Positions 11,374 to 24,400 of a stretch of DNA of 64,000 nt are shown here, piece by piece. Positions within the stretch are counted from its first letter, which is position 1. Each line of letters starts with the position of its first letter. The stretch comes from Antechinus flavipes (lineage: Eukaryota), in NCBI RefSeq assembly GCF_016432865.1, contig NC_067400.1:558124001-558188000 (forward strand), written 5' to 3'. The notes beneath the pieces were generated by a model that ran no database searches, was not told the DNA's origin, and saw nothing but the letters and a program-made list of their open reading frames with translations. Made by a program: the position numbers and the translations under genes.

Positions 11374-12979
11374 AAATAGAAGTACACATATAATAGTTTT
11401 CCACATCAAATCATGGTCTTCTTTAGTAAATAGTGGGGAAGGAGGGAAAGAATTTGGAATTTAAAATGTAACCCAAAAAAAGGAAAATAAAATTTTAAAA
11501 AATAGCTCATTTATATAGTACTTGGTAATAGTTTATCAGACTGTTTCCCAACCCTGAGATGGGCAATATAAAGATCAGAGCCTTTCCTTACAAATAAATC
11601 TAGGTGAAGTAGACTGCCTAAGACCATACAACTAATTTATGGGCCAAGACTCTTAAGGTCTTCTAAATTAAAGTTAAGGTTCCCTCATCATACTGATGCT
11701 ACTTAACATTCTTCATTAATTTTATACTTCAACTTTCTCTAAAAAAATAAAATTAAGGATAAATATAGGGCTGTACAAGTTTAAAATAACCAGTTGCACC
11801 AATACAGAAGAGAACATTTGGAACAGTTTTAGGGAAAAGGCATGGGGATTTTCGTGGATTACATACTCAATACGGATTAATGTGAACATGGAAGCTAAAA
11901 AAGACTAATATTTGTATTTAGCTCTATATGTAATATTTTAGGACTGAAATGGTTAAGCTGAATTACAATTCAGCGGACTGAGACCAGAATGACTGGACAA
12001 AATAGACTATAACAGAAGGACTGATTAAAGTAACAATTTTTATCTTCTCAGAAAAGCATTAAGGGGGGATTTCTAGTCCTGTAGTAGAGGGATTAGAACT
12101 ATTCAGCTTGGCCCCTGAAAGCAGAAGTAGTAGACTCTTCATTACTAGGTATTTGACCAGAGCTGGGTGACCACTTTGTTGAGATTGTAGATTGATATTC
12201 AGGTATGAGTTGGATCAGATAGTCTCTGAGGTCCCTGCTAACTCCTGAGATCTTGAAACTCTTTAAGTTAAATCATGTAAGGCTGGTACCTGGAGAACCA
12301 GTTTGGGGGAAGGGGAAGAGAAGAATTATTAGGGCTTCTGGCCTTCAAATCATCTAGACCACTTTAGAATACCCAGGCCATGCCAACTTCCATCTGTGCC
12401 AGTATAAGAATTCCTACCTCCTCCTGCCAGCCTGATCTCCATGATGTGGAAAACTTCTGATTCAAAGAGAAATGACCTTTCCTTTGATCTCAGGCATCTC
12501 ATTTCTAGCTGTGCCTGTCCCATGAGAGAAGAGGAAAAAGAAAGTTGATGGGTAGTGGGATTTCCATCTCTAGGGGTGTGGGTTTGATTTTTCATCATTT
12601 CCTGCCCAATTTCCAGCCTTCAAAGGGAAGAATAGTAAAATGAAGGCTCCCATCAGACCAGCTACTATGGGCCTTTCCTCAAACACTGCACTTGTTTCCA
12701 ACTCAATCTCCAATCTTTTTTGGGAAAAGGAGTGGCACCTTCCTTTTAAATCATTATCCAAATTCCATTGCCCATACTCCACCATCAGATTCTTCTCAAT
12801 CCTCCCACCCCAAAGTTCCAACTAAAGACTCACCCCTTTATGCTTGTTCTATAAGCAATGATCTCTTCATCCTAAATCTCTTCTTCCATTCCTTTCATTC
12901 CTCCTCCCCACTCCCAGCATATAGTCTCCTTATCTTCACCTAACTCACTGGTAGAGTCAGAGGAGTTAGAATAATCTTA

Positions 12980-15075
12980 CCTCCCACTAATACCACTTCC
13001 AGATTTTCCCTCTCATAATTCACCACGCAGTAGCTCTATATACCACCCAATCAAAATCCTAGAAGCTGTTTTCTATAGACTTCCAGGTCTCTCCCCTTTC
13101 TCAATAATTTTGGTATAACAGTTTTTCTTTCTTGTTCTTATACTAGGAGACTTCAACATAGATACTGGTTCTCAAATACTTTAGACATTGAGTTCCTTAA
13201 TCTACTCAATTCTCATGACCTGCTCCTCTATCCCAGCAGTCATATCTTTGAGCTTGTCATTACCCACAAATGTACTGCCTACATGTTCAAAAGTTCCTAA
13301 ATCCATAATCTATTAGTTTTCCACTAACCCTGCTTTTAGTCCCCTGATTCCCCAATAATCAGCTTCTGCCCTTTCCAAACCTTTTCATCCCTTGTCGAAT
13401 CTCAAACCTCTACTCATCCCCCCATCCTCAGTTGAGAATCTTGCCTCTTACAAGAAAAACTGATTTTGTCATGAGCTCTCTTCTCTAGTCTTTCTCTTAT
13501 GTTATTCTTATGCTTTCTGTCACTATTTCCTCCACTTTTTTTCCATGTAAAGTTGCCTTACTCTTTACCAAAGCTAAATCTATCTGCTCAAGTGATCTTG
13601 GTAACATCCTACCTCTTCCTATATCCTGCCCCTTCTGTTATTCCCACTCTAGTATTTTTCAATCTCACCCTGTTTACTGGCTCCCTTCTTAATATCTACA
13701 AATATGATGATGTCTCTTCCATCTTTAAAAAATGTTCACTTGACTTTTCCATCCTGGATAATTTTTGTCCTCTCTCTCATGCTCTTTGTATTTAAACTTC
13801 TTGAAAAGGCTATCTTGGATTTACAAATAGATACCTCCTCTTTCTCTCCTCTCGTTCTCAGCCCCTTACAATCTAGCTTCAGATTTTATCATTCCACCAA
13901 AACTATTTTCCAAAGTTAACCAAATGATTTTGTAATTGTCAAATCCAGTGGCTTTTCTTAATCTTCATTCTCTTCAATATCTCTGAAGCTTTTGACACTG
14001 TTGATTACTCTCCTCCTTAAAAAACTCTCTTCTCTGTAGATATTTGGGACATCATTCTCTCCTGCTTCTCCTATCTGACCACTTTTATCTCCATTGCTGA
14101 AATCTCTTTCAGACCATGTCTTCTATCCATAAGTATTCTTCAGGATTTTCACTCAGGTCTTATCTTCTCCCTTTATACTACTTTACTTGATGATCTTTAC
14201 AGATCTCATGAATTGACCAACTCTTTATTCATTTTTAATTTACCTATCCTACCTTAAACTCTGTTGACTTCTAATTTTGAATCTCTAATCGTCTTTGAGA
14301 TATTTCAAAGTGGTTGTCCATTTAGACATCTTACAGTCAACATGCCCCAAAAGGAAATCATTATATGTTCTCTTCCTCCCTCTTAGCTTCTCTATTACTG
14401 TTATCTCCCCACTTCAATCCATTCCGCCATATCTAAGATATTTCTAAGGCCTGTCAAATCACCTTTGCAACAACTCTCAAATATGCCCCCTTCTGTCTTT
14501 TCCTATCACTATGGGGCTGGCTCTCTCATCACATACCTAGATTATTACAAAAGCCTCACATGTAGACTACTACAACACCCTGTTGAAGGACCTGTCTACC
14601 TCATGTCTCTTCCCCACTCCAACTCATCCTTTTAGCCACCAAAGTGATTTTCCTAAAATATAGGTCTGACTTTGTCACTCTCCTATTCAATAAGCTCTAG
14701 TGGCTACTTTTTGCCTCCAGGATCAAATACGAAATCCTATTTGGTGTTTAAACTACTTCATAATCTAACCCTTTCCAGTTTTCTTATACCTGACTCCTCA
14801 ACATATACCATTTAATTAAGTGACACTGGCCTCTTTGTTCCATGAACAAGATATTCTACCAGGTGCTCTTAATTCTGGTACATTCCTTCTGTTAAGTGTT
14901 TTCTATTTACTCTATATGGAGCTCGTTTGTATATATTTCTTTGCACATTGTTTCCCTTATTTGTGAACTCTCTAATAGAGGGGATTATCTTTTGCCTTTA
15001 TTTATTTATTTGTTTTTTTTTTTTTTTTGGGGGGGGGGGTTAATTTCCCATCACTTAGCCTTGTTTGGTATATTG
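12980..15075 (+). mobile_element. LINE-2 fragment
   Basis: Pyrimidine-rich decayed RT (LQSGFR..HSTET..SNG..LILLDLS.AFDTVD-like at ~13860-14010) and L2 3' end (GTCTGACTTTGTCACTCTCCT..., GGATCAAATA). Confidence 0.75.
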
Positions 15076-16139
15076 TAGGTGTCTGTTTAAAACTAATCTG
15101 TGATAGGCTGAGAATTCTTAGTTTGTATTCTGTTGCCTATACTATGGCTGTTTTATATTTTGCTGTTGCAAAAAATGCCCATTTATGATATGTGCTTTTG
15201 TCCTTTCTAATGATTCAAGGTTATAGTTATGGAAAGTAGATTTGTTAGAAGCCTTCTCCAGGTTAGCAATGCTTTCCCTATCCCCTAGAGCAGTGGTTCT
15301 CAAACTTTTGTTTTCACTATCTTTATACTATTTAAAAAACTACTGAGGATCTGTCTGAAGAATTTTTGTATTGATATTTGCCATATTAGAAAAAAAAATA
15401 ATTTGAATTTGCAGACCTTCTGAAAGGGTTTCAGAGAATCTCTGGACTTGACTTTGAGAACCACTACCCTAGAGCCTAATGCAGCTGGAATTCCAGTACC
15501 CAATTATCCCTCACAGCAGGCATGGAAATTAAGAGACAGATCACTGAGCTGCTGTCAACTAGCCAATCAAGGGTTAAGAAGTTCACTAAGGAAAATGGGG
15601 AAAGTGCATTAAAAGTGGGGTGATCAGCCCAGCTATGTCATTTTCCTTCCTGTTCCCCTAAAGTCACCACATCTGTCACTCATTTTTTTCATGCTATCCA
15701 TTCTTTCTTGCACCTTCTTCCCTACCCCCAAGATTCCTCAGTAAACTCAAACCATTTAAAACTCCAAATGCATTCCTAATTGACTATGTCAACATGATCT
15801 CTGTGGATAATGAAATGACCCTCTGGGTACACAGGGAGCACAGATGAATGCCATCTCTTGCCCTTGGCATGACCACAGTCAAGCCATAAATAGCAGTTCT
15901 TTTTTTGACAGTTTTCTTTAAAATCACTAGGTTGGGGCTGAATATCCTATCAGCAGAGACAGGAAGTGTAAGAGGGGCAGATTTTGCGATGGCTGGGGTC
16001 CTGGTAGGGAATAAACTCTTAAACTAGATTCATGAACAACACTGGACAACATGCAACGTAGATGCGTGTGACTTGGACCCATAAAGCCAATTCTGATTAC
16101 CAGAGAAGTAGTCAAAGGTACAAACAGTAACAAAAAACA

Positions 16140-17070
16140 AGTAATGCAGACTATTAACAATCACATAAAAGAATATTCCAAACCGTTATTGGTAAGAGAA
16201 ATGCAAATTAAAACTGCTCTGAGGTTTTACCTCAATCCCAGTAAATAGGCAACAGTAATAAAAGATGGAGAGTCAACACTGAAGAGGCTGCAAGAAGACA
16301 AGTGTAAGTATGGCCAGGTTTGACCATTCTAGAAAACAATGTTGAAGCATACCCCAAAATAAGACAACAGCTTGTGCCCTTTCAATCAACAATCCGCTGC
16401 AAGAAATAAATCCCACAAAGATCAAAAAAAGGCAGAAAGGATCACATATACCAAAATGTTCCTAACAGTACTTACTGTGACAGCAAAATGCCAAAACCAA
16501 AGTGTATACCCATTGATTATTGTTTAGTCGTTTCAACTCTTCCCAACTCCTTCTGGGGTTTTCTTGGAGGAGATACTGGAATGTTTGCCATTTCCTTTCC
16601 CAGATTATTTTACAGATGATGAAACTGAGGCAAGCAGGGTGAAGCGACTTGGGCAAGATCACACAGCTAGACTAATTGGGCAATTAGGGGCTCAGTAGAT
16701 TGGGCCTGAACTCAGGAAGTCTTAATCTTACCTCGGACTCTTACTAGCTGTGTGTCCTGTTTGCCTTAGTTTCCTCATTTATAAAATGAAGAAAATGACA
16801 AATTGCTCTAGTATCTACAGCAAGAAAATCACAAATGGGGTTACATGATTGAAAAACAATAGAACAAGAAACTATATATGAAAATAATGAGATGAACAGT
16901 GCCCTTTTGATGGAAAGGGGATATACAAGGATGGAAATACTGGCAGAATGTCTTAAGCATTCATGGGTTTTGCCATCTTTTTTCCTTTGCCAAAAAAGAA
17001 ACTAGGGACTTTGATATATTCAGAAATGACTAACATAAAAATAAAAGGAATCAATTATAACTTTTAAAAA
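16140..17070 (+). mobile_element. Old L1 3' remnant interrupted by two Mar1/MIR-type SINEs (~16515-16680 minus, ~16680-16870 plus)
   Basis: AGAGAAATGCAAATTAAAAC L1 motif; CORE-SINE motifs TTTTACAGATGATGAAACTGAGGC and CTTAGTTTCCTCATTTATAAAATG. Confidence 0.6.
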
Positions 17071-17397
17071 AAAAAAACACAAGTGTTTTTGAATTCTGCC
17101 TCTCCTAGTAATAAAAGATCCTTTGATATGTGACAATCAGCTGGCATTAGGTCCTGAGAGGTATTCTCTAGGTTCTGGGTCACACAGATTGAGGACCTTC
17201 CCTATAGGTCTAGCTGTCCTTCCTGTCCACTTGGCCCATGTAGGGGCCTCTTATCTCATACATGCAGTTACAATTGGGTCTGTTCCTGTTTCTATTTTAT
17301 TCCAAGGAGCTGGAAATTTGCTGAAACCACAGATCATGCAAGAAGTCAGGAAGGATAGTAGCTACAAAAAGAGTCAGGAGTCAAACTCCAACACAGC

Positions 17398-17403
17398 TTT
17401 ATT
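17398..17403 (-). terminator. Candidate poly(A) signal of RRP8
   Basis: TTTATT on plus, ~410 nt downstream of the stop; another at ~17295. Confidence 0.5.
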
Positions 17404-17815
17404 TCTTCAATGAGATACGAAAAACTGGAGGGGCTGCTATTCATCTCCCTTCCCCCATCCTATTAGTTCAGAACCTGCATGGTTCTCAGATCTCACCCAA
17501 GATCCATTTCTTACTTCATTGATGAGGAGAAGGCAGCCCAAAGAGATGAAGTTGATCATTCTTACTATTGTTTCATAGTTCAAGTCAGGGCTTGAACTAT
17601 GGATTCTCTTTGAAAATCCCCCACCTTGTTGCCCAAGTCCTTCTGTACAAGTCAATTCAATCTTCATAAACTCCTCATCTGCTGCCCTGGTCCATGTCCT
17701 ATCACAATGCTTCTGTGCACAAGCTTCTGTACTATCAAGGAGCCTTCATGACTGGGTAGTAATGGTAGCTCAGTCCTGAGGCATCAGGGTGGAGACAGAA
17801 AGATGACAGACTGAG

Positions 17816-18443
17816 TCACCGGCGTTTATACAGACATGGTCTCAAAGTCAGGCCTGGAAGGGGACCCTGAGCCTTGGGAGGTCCTGTCTTGTGGAAGTTT
17901 AACAGGTAGAAGTAATTGTTGGTCAAGTCCTGAAAGGAGAAGAGATAGACACAGCTAGAGAACATTAACTTCTCCTATGGCCCCCTTTTCCATTTCCTTG
18001 TTGTTTAGGTGAGATGGAGGGGGGACGGTGAGAAAGGGTCAACAATCAATCATTGCTATGAGAGGCTGGCTCTCTTTCCTAGCTATCAACTCCTTAGGGC
18101 CCAACATCTTGTCTAATTTCTACAAATAGGTAGGGCAACTTAGTGAATATTATCCCTTCATATACTTGTCTAGCCTATGGGACAAGGGCTCAGGATGTGG
18201 GGGGGAAAGGGAGAAGGGCAGAAGGCATATCCCTATTACCTTGGAGACAAGCTTGAAGCCCAGCTGGGCTAAGGCTCCCAAGAAACTCCTCATATCCACA
18301 AACCGGCTGGCTACCTCAGCTATTTTCAACAGGCCTCTGTAGGGAAAGAAAGGACATGAAAGGAGGAGGAAATCATGGCAGAGTTGGATAGGGCAGAGGG
18401 GTACAAGAGAGTAGTGTATTTAAGTGAACAGAGTGTGTGCATG

Positions 18444-18481
<38 letters not shown>

Positions 18482-21400
18482 AATTATCAGTGCATAGGCA
18501 ATGTATGAAGCACTCAAATAAGCAAATGAAGAAAACAGACCAGGGAAGATGTAGAAAGCATTTGGATGAAGAGTAATAAAGGAATAAAGCAACACTGTCA
18601 TCAGAGTACTCGGACAAAAAGATTGCATGCCTGGCACAAAGATATGCTTATGCTAAGGTAAGGGATTTCAACTTTCTAAATATTTACTAAAGCTTTTTCC
18701 TTGCCAAAAAAGACTGAAAAACTGATTTACCGTATCATAGATTTAGAACTGGAAGGTGACTTTAGTCATTGCTAATCTCCTCAAATACTTTTATCATTTA
18801 AAAGGAAACAACCATGGAAGCTGCCATTCCCAACCCAATTCTCATCAACAAGAAAACTAGTTGCTTAAGTAAGAATTGCTCTCCTCAGATATCTCAATTC
18901 TCATGCAGGCACTTTTTTGGTCATTTTTGGGTTCTCTACCACATCATTCTCTACCTCCTTCTCTCTCAGCTTTCTTTTGTGTATTATCTTTCCCTATTAG
19001 AGGTAAACTCCCTAAAGGCAAGGATTATTTTCTTTTTTGTATTTGTGGCCCTAAAGCAGAGCACAAATGCTGAAGCAGCATTTTACTGTTCACTGACTGT
19101 TGAAAAGAAGTGACCATTCTACCTTAAGCTCTAGAAACAATAGGATAGATTTTCAAGTCATAACTGTGGATAAATTGATCTGAATCTACAGATGATAGAA
19201 CCCTATGACTTGGAGACTCTTTAAGGAACATTATCATGAGTAGATACTGGAGAACAGAATTATAAAACACAAACACAAATGATTCTCAGGATGAAAAAAA
19301 AAAAAGGCAAACAGCCTACCAAGATCAATGTAGATGCATAGTTGATCAAGCAATGTAGTTTTTAAATATAAATGCAAAGATGCAAGTTAGAAGCAAGGAT
19401 AGATTCCTTCAAGATATTTTGTATTTTCTTCTATTTTTTTTATACTTTTGATTTTGTTTTATTATTTCTTGATGTCTCATGGAATCACTAGCTTCAACTT
19501 GACCAAATTTTAATTTTTGAGGAGTTAAATACTTTCTTTAATCAGGTTTTGTACTTTTTTTTACCATTTGATCAATTTTTTTTGATGATGTTTGTCCTTT
19601 GTTTACTTTTCTTTTTTCTCAACAGTATTTTATTTTTCCAAATTCATGTAAAGATAGTTTTCAACATTCACTTTTGTAAGATTTTGTAGTCCACATTTTT
19701 TCTTCAATATGATAAAGGTTACACATACATAATATGATAAAGATTATATATGTATGTATATATACACATATATACATATAGTACTTTTGAACATATTTCC
19801 ATATTTGTCACATTGCCCAAGAAAAACCAAACCAAAACCAATTCTGATTTTTAAGCAGTCTCTTTAGTATTTTTATGCCTTTTGTCAAGTAGGTAATTCT
19901 CCCTTTATAATTTGCTTGCATTATTCTAATTTCTTTTCCCAAGTTTTCCTCTCCTCCTATTATTTGATTTTTTAAATCCTTTTTTGTTCTTCTAAAAAAT
20001 GTCTTTCTTATATGTGATTGCATATACATAACCTATATCAAATTGCTTACTGTCTTAGGGAGGGGGAAGGAGAAAATTTGGAATTCAAAATTTTATAAAA
20101 AATGAATGTTACTCTAGGAGCGGTTGGGGAAAGGGAGAGAAAAAAATTTACAACACAAGATTTTGCAAGTGTGAATGTTGAAAATTATCCATCCATATAT
20201 TTTGAAAATAAAATGCTTTAATTAAAAAAAAAAGAGCAACAATAAGAAATCAAGGTAAAAAATGAATGTTAAAAATTATCTTTACATCTAATTGGAAAAA
20301 ATATATTTTAAAATTATTATCATTATTTAGCTCTTGTAGAATATCGTTGGACTTGTGTCCAATCTGCATTTTTCTTTGACATTTTGTTTGTAGATGTTTT
20401 TCAAATTATTGTCTTTTTCTGAGTTTGTCTTAAGCTTCCCAGTCACAATAGGAATTCTTTGTTGTTGTTTGCAGTTTTTCCAAACTACTTCTTGATTTTG
20501 GACTCTATAATTAGCTCAGCTTAACTGGCCAGATTTGGGGGATAGTGGGGTGGGATTGGTCCTTTAGCTTTCATAGCTTGATGTGAAGGCCTTTAAGTTT
20601 TTGGTGCTTCCCATAGCATGAAATTTGGGGAGAGGTATGATCACTGCTCTCCTGGTCTGTACTCTAGTCCTTTTCTAAGTAGGGCCCTTGTTTTCTCAAG
20701 TCTTACTAAGTTGCCCTGGGCGGGAAAAATGACTCACTGCAGTTTTTTCTGCTCAGAATTCTGTTTGATATTTTCTGTTATCATTTTGTAGGAGGGTTTT
20801 CAGGGAAGTCTGGTAGTTGTGACCTTTCACTCTGCCATCTGAACTTCATCTTCATATAATACAAGGGCAGATTCTTGAGTGGCATAATCCCATAAGAAAA
20901 ATTTCAGGAGTGCTAAATTTAGTATGAATTTAAGCTAGTGATGAATCCAAGGTATGACAATGTGGCTTTTTAAGCTATACTGGGAACAAAAGAAAGATCA
21001 AGGAATAGGAACACTTTTTTGGGGATGACTAAAATGAAGAAAATATGAGAGACATAGATTAGGGAAGTGAAAAGAATAATGGCTTTGAAGTCGGAAGTCC
21101 TGAGATCTAATCCCAATCCTATCTGTATAATCTTAAGCAAGTCATTTCTGAAACTTAATTTCTCCAACAATAAAAACAAGACACACTTGATCTCTAACCG
21201 CTAATGTTATCTTTCCCAAATCATGTCAAACTAATCATATTTTTTTTTGGACAGTGTTACTAAATAAATCAAGGAAAGCTATAGCCTTAGAATTTTAGAA
21301 CTGAAAAGACCCTTAAAGATTACAAAATTATGTGACTTGCCAAGGACTGAATCTAAACCAATCTTGAGCATCTCTCCTAATTTCACTTGGCATTGAGCAA

Positions 21401-24400
21401 GTTCTTTCATGATATTATGGATAAAATGATAAATTTTAAGCTGGATGATGGATTCCAAAGTACTTGAACAATCCAAAATGTCGATGTGAACTAGGGGAAT
21501 TCTCAGGTGTAATGTTTAAAAGACCTGCCCTTTGGCTTTATATTAGTAAATATTTTTTGTCAATGGTTTAGACAGCACACTGATTAGATTTACACATGAT
21601 ATGAAATGAGTGAAGATAGCTAAGCATTGAATTACTAAGTAAAGACCCAAAGAGAATTATGTTAATCAGAAAAATGGCCTGAACCTAATAAGATGAAACT
21701 TAAGAAGGATAAATGTAAAGCAATACATTTGAAAATTCAAAAATCCCACCACATAAATAAGGGACTGGGGAGGTATAAACATAAAACCATGAAAAAGACT
21801 GTGGCGGTTGGTGGACTGCCAGTTCAACAGGAGTCCACATTGTAACATGGTAGGTGGGAAAACTAAGGGGACTGAAGGCAGCATTAAGAAAGGCAGAGGA
21901 CATGGACCCACACTTAACACCATATACCAAGATAAGATCAAAATGGGTCCATGACCTATGCATAAAGAACGAGATTATAAGTTTATCTCTCAGACTTGTG
22001 GAGGAGAAAGAAATTTGTGACCAAAGATGAACTAGAGACCATTACTGATCACAAAATAGAAAATTTTGATTACTTCAAATTAAAAAGCCTTTGTACAAAC
22101 AGAACGAATGCAAACAAGATAAGAAGGGAAGCAACAAACTGGGAAAACATCTTCACAGTTAAAGGTTCTGATAAAGGCCTCATTTCCAAAATATATAGAG
22201 AACTGACTCAAATTTATAAGAAATCAAGCCATTCTCCAATTGATAAATGGTCAAAGGATATGAACAGACAATTTTCAGAGGATGAAATTGAAACTATTAC
22301 CACTCATATGAAAGAGTGTTCCAAATCATTATTGATCAGAGAAATGCAAATTAAGACAACTCTGAGATACCACTACACACCTGTCAGATTGGCTAAGATG
22401 ACAGGAAAAAATAATGATTAATGTTGGAAGGGATGCGGGAAAACTGGGACACTGATGCATTGTTGGTGGAGTTGTGAACGAATCCAACCATTCTGGAGAG
22501 CAATCTGGAATTATGCCCAAAAAGTTATCAAATTGTGCATTCCCTTTGACCCAGCAGTGTTTCTATTGGGCTTATATCCCAAAGAAATACTAAAGAAGGG
22601 AAAGGGACCTGTATGTGCCAAAATGTTTGTGGCAGCCCTGTTTGTAGTGGCTAGAAACTGGAAAATGAATGGATGTCCATCAATTGGAGAATGGCTGGGT
22701 AAATTGTGGTATATGAATGTTATGGAATATTATTGTTCTGTAAGAAATGACCAGCAGGATGAATACAAAGAGGACTGGCGAGACTTACATGAGCTGATGC
22801 TAAGTGAAATGAGCAGAACTAGGAGATCATTATACACTTCAACAACGATATTGTATGAGGACATATTTTGATGGAAGTGGATTTCTTTGACAAAGAGACC
22901 TGAGTTTCAACTGATAAATGACGGACAAAAGCAGCTACACCCAAAGAAAGAACACTGGGAAACGAATGTGATCTATCTACATTTTTGTTTTTCTTCCCGG
23001 GTTATTTATACCTTCAGAATCCAATTCTCCCTGTGCAACAAGAGAACTGTTCGGTTCTGCAAACGTATATTGTATCTAGGATATACTGCAACATATCCAA
23101 CATATATAGGACTGCTTGCCATCTAGGGGAGGGGGTGGAGGGAGGGAGGGGAAAAATCGGAACAGAAATGAGTGCAAGGGATAATGTTGTAAAAAAATTA
23201 CCCTGGCATGGATTCTGTCAATATAAAGTAATTATTAAATAAAAATTTAAAATAGAAAAAAAAAATAAAAATTAAAAATAAAAAATTTTTAAAAATTAAA
23301 AAAAAAAAAAAAAAAGAAAGGCAGAGGAATTTCCTTAACTGTCAGAAGGGTTGAATCTGATCATCTCTACAATCCTTTCTGACTCTAAATTCATGCTATT
23401 ATGGTAATGTCTACATGGACTCCAATCAGGTCACAACCTTAATACTGTGTTCAGTTCTGAGGGACCCCATTTAGGAAGGACACTAACAAGCGTTAATCAC
23501 CAATAGGTTACATATAGGAATTAGAAAGAAAGAGTCCTCACACAGACCCCACCTCCAAGAGGTCCTCATACCCTGGTTTCAGCACTCGGTTTGCCTCCTT
23601 CAGGAAATCACTCAGATTTGTTCCCATCAATGAAAGGCAGAAAACGGCAATGTCCACAGACTCATCCTTGAGGGGTACCTGGAGTCAGGGGGGAGAGAGG
23701 GGAAACTATGAAACTCAAGCCCTATTACCTCAATCAAAAACATAAATTCCTAAAGAAAAGAAATATGGGCTCCCGAAAGAGGAGTTCTTACATATGGAAG
23801 GAAAGGTTTCCAGGGAAACTTAAAGGCTTAAGGAAGGAAGTGGTAATTTCCAGTAGTAGGATAAAGCTTTCATGGGTGAAATGAGGGATTATATAGGAAA
23901 GATCAGGGATTCTTGAGCTAAATAAGGCCTTATATGACTTTCCTTTAGGAAAGTAGGTCTGAGACAAGGAGATGAAAGTTTATAGAAAGCCATGAGGGCT
24001 GACATGAGGAAATGACACTTTATAAAAGGTTAAAGACAATTATGAGAAAGTAGAAGTTTCCAGAGACAGGTGAGAGTTTTTCAGGGAAGACGATACCTTC
24101 TATTAGAAGTTGACAACTTAGATGGCAAAATAAAGATTCACAGAGAACTGGACTCTCACCTGGGCCATGTCACATACTGTGACACGGGGGTCAAGTGCAG
24201 CAAGGTCAAAGCAGTGAACGGTGTTCCTGACATTAGAGGCAAGGTGACAGTCTCCACAACCAAAATCTGCCACAACTAGGGATGCTGGCCTACAAAGACA
24301 AACAGGCAAGAGTCAGAGGACTATCTGACTATCAGTTGTAGTGATCTCCTAGGGATCTGCTCCTAGCTGCCCTTAAGGGGCCCTCTTAAGGGGCCTTTTC

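Noticed and set aside
24370-24395. Short hairpin/direct repeat CCTTAAGGGGCCCTCTTAAGGGGCC in RRP8 intron 3
   Set aside because: Small local duplication with no evidence of function.
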